32,000 nucleotides of DNA, from the NCBI RefSeq assembly GCF_000020225.1, contig NC_010655.1, forward strand, positions 2,430,001 to 2,462,000. Reading direction: 5' to 3'. Source of the DNA: Akkermansia muciniphila ATCC BAA-835. Lineage in GTDB: Bacteria > Verrucomicrobiota > Verrucomicrobiia > Verrucomicrobiales > Akkermansiaceae. The notes under the pieces were generated by a model that ran no database searches, was not told the DNA's origin, and worked only from the letters and a program-made list of their open reading frames with translations. The position numbers and the translations under genes are program-made. This document shows, in pieces, positions 25,128-32,000 of this stretch; the first letter of the stretch is position 1, and each line of letters opens with the position of its first letter.

Positions 25128-25474
25128 GCCCTGTTCATTAACATACCCTTTTCCGCATTTCCAGCCATGTTCCTTCCATAAACCCGTTGAAAACGGGCAA
25201 AAAAATCCTTTCACAGATTTCCCCCCCTACTTCAAGGCACTCCGAATATCAACCGCCTTCCACCAGAAGAATAAGCGGTATAAAAAAACGAAAAACTTCC
25301 CGTTTGCGGCGGGAATTCCGGCCAATCAGCTAAAAACTTTAGTAATCAGATATTAACATACTGCCATTTTTCGAACATTGTTCTTTATTGGCAAGTCTAT
25401 TGTTCCTGCAAAGTAAAATATGGGAACCGGCCTTCCTTTTACTTTTCACGCGTTCCGTTAATAAAACTCCGATC

Positions 25475-26950
25475 ATGAAAACAAAAATGAACTATTTGAC
25501 AGCCACGCTTCTGGCAATATTTGCATGGGGCGGTACAGGCGTCGGTATGGCAAAACAATCCAAAAAGGCGCTAAGGCATCCCGTTGAAGACAACAAAAAA
25601 TCTCCCGGAGTTTACGATGCGAATCAAAATGACCGTCAAGGCATTCAAGATGCGGAACAAAGCCCCGGGGACAAACCGGTTACGTGGAGCATTTCCCGTC
25701 CCAATGCCAAAAACGCGCTGTCTGAAGTCACAAAAGGAATTTACCAGATTCACGGCGGAGGTTTTCCGAACATAACTATTATTGAAGGACGGGAAGGCAT
25801 CATGATCATTGCCCCTTTCGTCCCGAAGGAAACCATGGCCGAGAGTCTTGACCTCTATTACCGGAAGGCGGGAAAACGGCCAATCAAGGCTGTTGTAGAT
25901 GCACATCCACATACCAACTATTTTGCCAGTACCAAAAGAACGGCATCCGGGCTGGACATAGACGGCATAGAAATGGAATTCATGGCGGTTCCCGGAATGG
26001 GGGCCTCTTCTGCCGCACTGATGTATTTTCCCCAATTCAAGGCGCTTTTTTATGGAGAGGACACGGCAAGCGCCATACATGATATCTGCACTCTGGGAGT
26101 ATCCAAAATAAGGGATGCAAAAAACAGGTGGAAAGCCCTTGATCAAGCCATTCAGCGTTATGAAGACAAAATAGAGATTTTGTTCTCACAACACCATTGG
26201 CCCAGAATAGGAAAAGAAAATATCAAACGGTTCCTGGCCAGGGAATGCCGCAACTGCAAATACATGCATGACCGGATATTGAACCTGATTAGCAAAGGGT
26301 ATTCCCCCGCAGAAATTGAGGGAATAATCAATCCGATTCCGGAAAGCGGCAGAATCAGGAATAGCCCTCCGGAAATCACCGGGCAAAAGGACTATCGTCA
26401 AGACGCCGGGACATTAAGGAACGTTATGTCTGCCCATCTAAAAAGAGGAAACATAAGGAATCTGGTAAGAAATATGTTGAAACAGTTCGGTTATCAAACG
26501 GAACCCGTATTCCGGAACGATGAACTTCTCGTCAATGCCGGAGAACCGGGAATCGGGCTGCTTAAAAACTCCCGCGAACTTACGTTGACGGACACTTTAT
26601 ATGCCCTGACTCCGGAACTGCTGTTCGACTATTTGGGCGTCAGCCTGAATAGTGAGAAATCCAAAGGGAAAAAACTGGCTTTCAACTGGATTGCCCAAAA
26701 CGGAAGATCATACGGCTTCTGGATTGAAAACGAAGTGCTGATGTACCGCGAAGGAAAACTGGTCAAACATCCCGACGCAGTCATCACCGGAGACAGGCTC
26801 CACTTCGCCCTGGTCGCCATGCGGGCAATGCCCTTAAAGACAGCTCTGGACAAAGGCATGATTAAAATTGAAGGCAATACGGATAAATTCAGGGAATTGC
26901 TCGGATGCATGGATAAGTTCCATGGAAATTTCCATGCCATAACACCCTGA
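25475..26950 (+). CDS. Alkyl/aryl-sulfatase-like protein (MBL fold plus SCP2-like C-terminal domain), probably non-canonical
   Basis: Signal peptide (MKTKMNYLTATLLAIFAWGG). The MBL N-lobe resembles SdsA1/BDS1 (GIYQIHGGGFPNITIIEG), followed by a dimerisation region (LFSQHHWPRIG) and an Alkyl_sulf_C-like tail (IKIEGNTDKFRELLGCMDKF). The metal motif is degenerate (AHPHTNY, 25901-25921). Confidence 0.75.
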   Translation: MKTKMNYLTATLLAIFAWGGTGVGMAKQSKKALRHPVEDNKKSPGVYDANQNDRQGIQDAEQSPGDKPVTWSISRPNAKNALSEVTKGIYQIHGGGFPNITIIEGREGIMIIAPFVPKETMAESLDLYYRKAGKRPIKAVVDAHPHTNYFASTKRTASGLDIDGIEMEFMAVPGMGASSAALMYFPQFKALFYGEDTASAIHDICTLGVSKIRDAKNRWKALDQAIQRYEDKIEILFSQHHWPRIGKENIKRFLARECRNCKYMHDRILNLISKGYSPAEIEGIINPIPESGRIRNSPPEITGQKDYRQDAGTLRNVMSAHLKRGNIRNLVRNMLKQFGYQTEPVFRNDELLVNAGEPGIGLLKNSRELTLTDTLYALTPELLFDYLGVSLNSEKSKGKKLAFNWIAQNGRSYGFWIENEVLMYREGKLVKHPDAVITGDRLHFALVAMRAMPLKTALDKGMIKIEGNTDKFRELLGCMDKFHGNFHAITP

Positions 26951-27186
26951 TTCCATTACCTTTTTACGTACGTTTCAGGTTTTTCATCCGGAAACAGGAG
27001 TATTGGCATTTTCTATCAATATCATGAACTGTGCCAGTAAATATTATTCAAACAGTCATGTATTCCGGCGCAAGGGAGCAACTGAAAAAAGGGATGACAT
27101 TTATCCATGAACAGACATGTTCTCCCCCGCAAACATTCAACGATTTTTCCTTCCCATACAGTAAGAGCTGATATTAAATAGAAAGC

Positions 27187-27708
27187 ATGAAACGATTCTG
27201 CCTTCCTGTTTTAGCTCTATTTGTTTGTGCAGCCGCACCTCTTTCCGCCCAGTCCAAGAAAGGAGCCGCCGTCCCGTCCACGGATGACTACAACCAGAGC
27301 CAGTTCTGGATAGGCAATTTTCCGGAGGGGCAGTATGTGGTGCATCTCAGCCGGATTGTAGCGGTGGCGCAGCACAGGTATATTCTGGACAATGCCTGCA
27401 TGGTGTATGAAGTAACGCTGATTACCCTGGGGAATACGCCCACCAAGTTTTATTATCTGGAAACGCTGGGTCAAAATTCCGGTATCAACGCCATCAAGAA
27501 TGTGACTGACCGTGCGAAGGAGCTTGGGGCCGGCGCCGTCAACCGGGCAACGGGAGGCAGCATTGACCCGGATACAACCGTCGCAAAAGCTTACCCGAAT
27601 ACGAATACCGTGGAATTCCGTGTAGCTACCCTGGAGCAGCTCAACAAAATGTATGCTTCCCTTCTCAAGGCGTGGCAGGACGGAAAAGGGAGGACGTTCA
27701 GGCCCTGA
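27187..27708 (+). CDS. Secreted hypothetical protein
   Basis: 173 aa. It has a clear signal peptide (MKRFCLPVLALFVCAAAPLSAQ) and no motif I recognise. Confidence 0.55.
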   Translation: MKRFCLPVLALFVCAAAPLSAQSKKGAAVPSTDDYNQSQFWIGNFPEGQYVVHLSRIVAVAQHRYILDNACMVYEVTLITLGNTPTKFYYLETLGQNSGINAIKNVTDRAKELGAGAVNRATGGSIDPDTTVAKAYPNTNTVEFRVATLEQLNKMYASLLKAWQDGKGRTFRP

Positions 27709-27801
27709 CGGCTTGAATCAGTGATTAGAGAACAGCGCCGGGCGGTCAGATTTCAATCCGCGGGCTGCAAGTACGGTTTTTACACTCATATCTCATCACT
27801 A

Positions 27802-28305
27802 CTAAATGTATTTCCTCTCCATCATGTGGGCCTTCAAAGGGTCCGCAGAAAAGAGGTGGGTGAGGCCGATCGCCAGGGCGTCGGCGGCATCGGATTCCGG
27901 CGTTTCCCGGAGTTCCAAAAGAGCCCGCACCATGAAGGCGACCTGCGTTTTTTGAGCGGCCCCGCGCCCTACGACGGAGAGCTTCACGCTTTTGGGGGAA
28001 TATTCCATAATACGCAGCCCGGCTTCCGCCGCGGCAATGACCACGGCCGCCTTGGCCGCACCCATCGTGATGGCCGTCTGATGAGACTGGACATAGATGA
28101 TGCGCTCCACCGCCATTTCATCCGGGTTCCATTTGTCAATGAGATTGCCCAAATGCTGCTTGATGGCAAGCAGGCAGCCGGACTGGGACACGCTCCGGGG
28201 AATGGATAGCGTTCCATAGTCCAGGGCGCGCGCGCGCCGGTAATCCCCCTCCACCACGGCATAACCCGTGTTGCGGATGGCCGGGTCTATGGCAAGAATG
28301 CGCAT
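27802..28305 (-). CDS. ruvC: Holliday junction resolvase RuvC
   Basis: 167 aa. MRILAIDPAIRNTGYAVVE and the C-terminal DAADALAIGLTH are canonical RuvC. Confidence 0.95.
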   Translation of the reverse strand: MRILAIDPAIRNTGYAVVEGDYRRARALDYGTLSIPRSVSQSGCLLAIKQHLGNLIDKWNPDEMAVERIIYVQSHQTAITMGAAKAAVVIAAAEAGLRIMEYSPKSVKLSVVGRGAAQKTQVAFMVRALLELRETPESDAADALAIGLTHLFSADPLKAHMMERKYI

Positions 28306-28356
28306 GGGATGATCTTCATTCCATCAGAGAGAAACATCATGTTTTCCCCCCCCTCC

Positions 28357-29559
28357 TTAGCGCCTGCGGCGCTTGGGACCTGCGGGTTTGGGCTTGCGGA
28401 CGGATTTGACGGGCTTGTCTTCCAACAGGGCGGTGTACGTGTAGTTGAACCCGTCCAGTTTTTTGCGTTCAATGGGTTTCCCAATGAAATTTTCCACAGC
28501 CGCAGCAAAATCCAGCTCATCCGCCGTCATGATCGTGAACGCATCCCCGGAAGCTTCCGCGCGGCCGGTACGGCCGATGCGGTGCACATAGTCTTCCGCG
28601 TTTTCCGGAACGCGGTAGTTGATGACGTGGGTCACACCGCTGATGTCAATGCCGCGCGCCGCCACATCCGTAGCCACCAGAATATCATATTTTCCGCTCT
28701 TGAATCCCTTAAGCGCCTCCATGCGTTCCTTCTGGGGAATGTCGGAGTGCATGACGGCCACCTCCCCGCGGTAGCCATGATGCTTGAGCATGCCGCATAC
28801 CGCGTCCGCCTCCTTGCGGGTGCGGGTGAAAATCATGACGGAACGGAAGTCCGTCCCCTTGAGCAGGGCCAACAGCAGTTCATCCCGCTGGTCCAGAGCT
28901 ACCGGATAAAAGGCATGGCTGATGGTGGCGGCCACTTCACGCCGGGCGATGGTAACTTCCGCAGGGTCCGTCAGGCACCATTTGGCAAATCCCGCGATGA
29001 CCGGAGGCATGGTGGCGGAGAAGAAGAGGGTTTGCCTTCCTTCCCACGGACAAAGGTTGACGATTTTACGGACAATGGGCAGGAACCCCATGTCCAGCAT
29101 TCGGTCCACTTCATCCAGAACCAGGGCCTTGACTTCTCCGAAGCGCATGGTGCAGCGGTAGAAGTGGTCCACCAGCCGGCCGGGAGTGGCCACAACGATG
29201 TCCGCCCCTTTTTTCAGGTCTTCCGTCTGCTTTCCGTACCCCACGCCGCCATACAGCAACGCTACTTTCAACCCGGTGAATTCACCGTATTCGGCAAAGG
29301 ATTCCGCCACCTGGTCGGCCAGTTCCCTGGTGGGTTCCAGCACCAGTATCTGAGGTTTGCCGATGGGCTGAATCCTTGTCAGCAGCGGGAGGGCGAAAGC
29401 AGCGGTTTTCCCCGTCCCCGTCTGGGAGGCCCCAATGAGGTCCCTGCCTTCCAGAATGATGGGAATGGCCTGCTCCTGAATGGGGGTGGGATGTTCATAA
29501 CCGCATTTCTCCACCGCCTTCAAGACGGGTTCCGATAAACCTAATTCTGAAAATAACAT
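28357..29559 (-). CDS. DEAD-box ATP-dependent RNA helicase (RhlE-like)
   Basis: 400 aa. It has the Q-motif region (PTPIQ), AxTGTGKT (SQTGTGKT), DEVD (a DEAD variant), SAT and HRIGRTGR. Confidence 0.95.
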   Translation of the reverse strand: MLFSELGLSEPVLKAVEKCGYEHPTPIQEQAIPIILEGRDLIGASQTGTGKTAAFALPLLTRIQPIGKPQILVLEPTRELADQVAESFAEYGEFTGLKVALLYGGVGYGKQTEDLKKGADIVVATPGRLVDHFYRCTMRFGEVKALVLDEVDRMLDMGFLPIVRKIVNLCPWEGRQTLFFSATMPPVIAGFAKWCLTDPAEVTIARREVAATISHAFYPVALDQRDELLLALLKGTDFRSVMIFTRTRKEADAVCGMLKHHGYRGEVAVMHSDIPQKERMEALKGFKSGKYDILVATDVAARGIDISGVTHVINYRVPENAEDYVHRIGRTGRAEASGDAFTIMTADELDFAAAVENFIGKPIERKKLDGFNYTYTALLEDKPVKSVRKPKPAGPKRRRR

Positions 29560-29620
29560 TGATCTTGTATGCTTGCTAAAGAGTAGAACACGATTCCGTA
29601 CAGCGGCGCGGGAATCGCGG

Positions 29621-30250
29621 TCAGGAGATGAACGGATTGGTCAGCAGTTCGTTTTTCACGTTGGTATATGGACCGTGGCCCGGGAAAATCATGGTCGTGG
29701 CGGGCTGGTTGAGCACTTTCTTTTCAATGCCCTGTTTCAGCAGGCGCAGGTTTCCTCCCGGGAGATCCGTCCGCCCGATGGAGCCGGCAAAAATGACGTC
29801 ACCTGTGAACATGATTCCTTCATCCGGCAAATCGTAAACAATGCTGTCCGGAGAATGGCCGGGCACCTGGTGGAGATGCCACAACAGGCCGCCCCAATTC
29901 GCCGTGTGAATGTCCGGAGTAAGTATTTCATCCACCACAAACGGCTGAACATTGAGGGGAAGTCCCCAGGCGTCGCGGGCCATTTTTTCCAGCGTCAGGC
30001 TTTCATTGTAAGGTTGCCCGGCATGAATGCGGCAGTCGAAAATCTGGCGCATGCGGCAGGCATCCTCCACATGGTCAAAATGCTGGTGGGTGATGAGAAG
30101 ATCCGTGATGATGATATCGGGCTTTTTGGAATAGATCCAGTCCGCAAAGCCGGACGGAGCGTCCACCGCCACGTAAGCGTTATCCCTCGTCTTAAAGAGG
30201 TAACCATTACAGGAAGCAACTCCACCCGTATAAACGCGAATCCGATCCAT
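29621..30250 (-). CDS. MBL-fold metallo-hydrolase (glyoxalase II-like)
   Basis: THQHFDH motif and a downstream GH/D pattern. I trimmed the start to the ATG at 30250 (MDRIRVYTGG). Confidence 0.8.
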   Translation of the reverse strand: MDRIRVYTGGVASCNGYLFKTRDNAYVAVDAPSGFADWIYSKKPDIIITDLLITHQHFDHVEDACRMRQIFDCRIHAGQPYNESLTLEKMARDAWGLPLNVQPFVVDEILTPDIHTANWGGLLWHLHQVPGHSPDSIVYDLPDEGIMFTGDVIFAGSIGRTDLPGGNLRLLKQGIEKKVLNQPATTMIFPGHGPYTNVKNELLTNPFIS

Positions 30251-30341
30251 GGGCAGGGATTGTAGTGAGATTGCCCGGAATATCCAGTATAAAGACGGTT
30301 CCCTTAAATAGCTTTCTGTCATCTTCCCCTGGAAAAGCCCC

Positions 30342-31343
30342 TCATATCAGTCTCCAAGGAATGGTGCATCCGGCATCCATCGGCACCACTTTCTGTCCAT
30401 GTCCTTCATAAGCGTCCGGCACCAGCATTTCACGCCGCTGCAGACGGACCGTCCTGGCAGGCGGATTCAACCCGTACAAAGCGCAGGCATGACCGGAAAC
30501 AAAGCCCTGCAACCGGTCCAGGGCCCCGTGTTCGTCAAACAGGGCCGCCAGACGAGGAAGAGCGATGGGGGCGGTAAACACGCCGGCGGCGCATCCGCAC
30601 GCTTCCTTGGCATGGATGGGATGGGGGGCGGAGTCACTGCCGAACATGAGGCGGGGATGCCCGGAAAGGGCAGCCTGCAACAGGGCTTCCCGGTCTTCCG
30701 GCCTTTTGGCGATCGGCTTGCAGAACAGATGCGGCCTCAGCATGCCACCGGCCACATCGTCCAAAGTAATGAGAAGATGCTGGAGGGTTACCGTGGCGGC
30801 CAGGTTTTCAAATTCGTCCAGCAGCTGCACGGCGGCGGCCGTGGTAATATGTTCCATGCAGATAGTCAGCCGGGGGAAGCGCGTAGCCAAATCACGGTAA
30901 ACATCCAGGAATTCGGCCTCCCGGTCCATCACGAAGCCGTGGCTTTCGCCATGCACCAGCAAAGGAATATCCATTTCCTGCATGATGGACAGGGTAGCTT
31001 CCGCATCCTTCATGGCCTTCACGCCGCCCTCGCTGTTCGTGGTGGCTCCTGCCGGGTACAGCTTGATGCCGAACACCAGTTCCTTGAGCCGGGACAATTC
31101 CTTTTCTGAATAGGAGCGAAAAAATGCCGTCATGTACGGCTGGAATACATCGTCTCCGCAAGCGTCCAGCACCCGCTGCCGGTAAGCCTGCACCGCACCC
31201 GCATCAGCCACCGGAGGCACCAGGTTGGGCATGATGACCGCCCCGGCAAAAGAGGCGGAACTTAACGGAGCGACCAGCTTCATCATATCGCCGTCCCTCA
31301 GGTGAAGATGCATGTCCAGCGGGGAGTGCAGTTCCAGAATCAT
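30342..31343 (-). CDS. pyrC: Dihydroorotase (homodimeric class II type)
   Basis: The N-terminus [12 protein letters not shown] and the motifs [15 protein letters not shown] and GSDSAPH are present. I trimmed the start to the ATG at 31343. Confidence 0.85.
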   Translation of the reverse strand: MILELHSPLDMHLHLRDGDMMKLVAPLSSASFAGAVIMPNLVPPVADAGAVQAYRQRVLDACGDDVFQPYMTAFFRSYSEKELSRLKELVFGIKLYPAGATTNSEGGVKAMKDAEATLSIMQEMDIPLLVHGESHGFVMDREAEFLDVYRDLATRFPRLTICMEHITTAAAVQLLDEFENLAATVTLQHLLITLDDVAGGMLRPHLFCKPIAKRPEDREALLQAALSGHPRLMFGSDSAPHPIHAKEACGCAAGVFTAPIALPRLAALFDEHGALDRLQGFVSGHACALYGLNPPARTVRLQRREMLVPDAYEGHGQKVVPMDAGCTIPWRLI

Positions 31344-31610
31344 GCCGACATCATGAGGGAAGATTGCGCCTAAATCAAGCACGCTCCCCCGCCCTGCAGG
31401 AAAGCAATTCTCCAACGGGCAGGGAAAACGGGCATTTTCCCGCAAACCGGAAGGGATGCGGTACTCTTTGCTGCTGTTGCGACAAGGCAAAATCGCCGGG
31501 AAACGAATCGTAAAAGCAAATTCTGTCCCAATGCCTCAGAAAAACGCTGTTCTCCCGAACGGCTTTCTTGAAACAGCAGACGGAATGCAGGAACAGTAAA
31601 AGTCCGAATG

Positions 31611-31640
31611 AAAAAAAGCCGCCCGGAGGCGGCTGTTTTT
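31611..31640 (-). terminator. Rho-independent terminator after tRNA-Asp (possibly bidirectional)
   Basis: The stem agccgcc/ggcggct with loop cgga is flanked by A7 on one side and gttttt on the other. On the minus strand it is followed by TTTTTTT. Confidence 0.6.
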
Positions 31641-31651
31641 CCTGAACAAGG

Positions 31652-31729
31652 TGGCGAAGCGGACGGGGCTCGAACCCGCGACCTCCAGCGTGACAGGCTG
31701 GCGCTCTAACCGAACTGAGCTACCGCTCC
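31652..31729 (-). tRNA. tRNA-Asp (anticodon GTC)
   Basis: The reverse complement is GGAGCGGTAGCTCAGTTCGGTTAGAGCGCCAGCCTGTCACGCTGGAGGTCGCGGGTTCGAGCCCCGTCCGCTTCGCCA. The anticodon loop is CTGTCAC. It closely resembles the canonical bacterial tRNA-Asp. Confidence 0.9.
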
Positions 31730-32000
31730 ATAACCTTGGATGCCGTCCCTGCCTTGCGGCGGGGACGTGGAGGCTTATACACGCCTTTATACCCCGGTGA
31801 CAAGAAAAAAAGACTTTTTTTGCAACTTCTGCAACCGTCGGCGGTTTGTACGGTGAAGAAACCGTAACTTTTCAGTTACCCGATTTATTTCAATACAGCA
31901 ATAACTTCTCAACTTTATTTGTTTTAGTTTGACAACAATTAACCGGTTTTGACATAACACCCCCATGCTTCAGACTGCCGCGGATATCACAGCCTCCGTT

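Noticed and set aside
31774-31803. tRNA-Asp promoter, reading TTGTCA-18-TATAAG on the minus strand.
   Set aside because: It is plausible, but it rests only on a weak hexamer match with a long spacer, so I did not list it as a feature.
31965-32000. Possible CDS start (ATG at 31965, MLQTAADITASV...) running off the window.
   Set aside because: Only 12 codons are visible, which is insufficient to support a gene call.

Overview
This is a high-GC bacterial chromosome segment. Its gene content (an M60-like mucinase, two tandem GH20 hexosaminidases, a compact 1102-aa Cas9) resembles Akkermansia/Verrucomicrobiota; that placement is from memory and could not be searched here.

Housekeeping content:
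- a partial CynX-like MFS transporter, htpG, a K+ channel and alr
- a co-directional Rrf2-metY-cysK-thiE-thiM cluster
- meaB, an rppH-like Nudix gene, ruvC, a DEAD-box helicase, an MBL hydrolase and pyrC
- tRNA-Gln(CTG) and tRNA-Asp(GTC)

The accessory core lies at about 5.8-13.9 kb:
- a very AT-rich islet carrying a DUF805 fusion protein and a fragmentary Sel1 gene
- a tyrosine integrase
- a complete type II-C CRISPR-Cas module: 12 identical 36-bp repeats with 11 spacers, cas2, cas1, cas9, and a divergent tracrRNA candidate

Main findings:
- The whole CRISPR-Cas module, and nothing else, is bracketed by a 59/58-bp near-perfect direct repeat. The left copy overlaps the stop codon of the integrase. 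A degenerate third copy sits at the left edge of the AT-rich islet. This suggests tandem, integrase-associated islands.
- The tracrRNA geometry argues that the array is transcribed antisense to the cas operon. An inverted partial repeat copy after the terminal repeat forms a hairpin with a U-tract.

Secondary observations:
- mosaic, gene-conversion-like identity between the two GH20 paralogs
- an alkylsulfatase-like protein with a degenerate metal motif and an apparent internal deletion
- an orphan Panacea/DUF4065 gene
- thiamine-salvage genes appended to a cysteine/methionine sulfur cluster

Type II-C Cas9 loci are a known class. I see no unambiguous wholly new gene system, and the mobile-cassette architecture is the most novel signal I can support.
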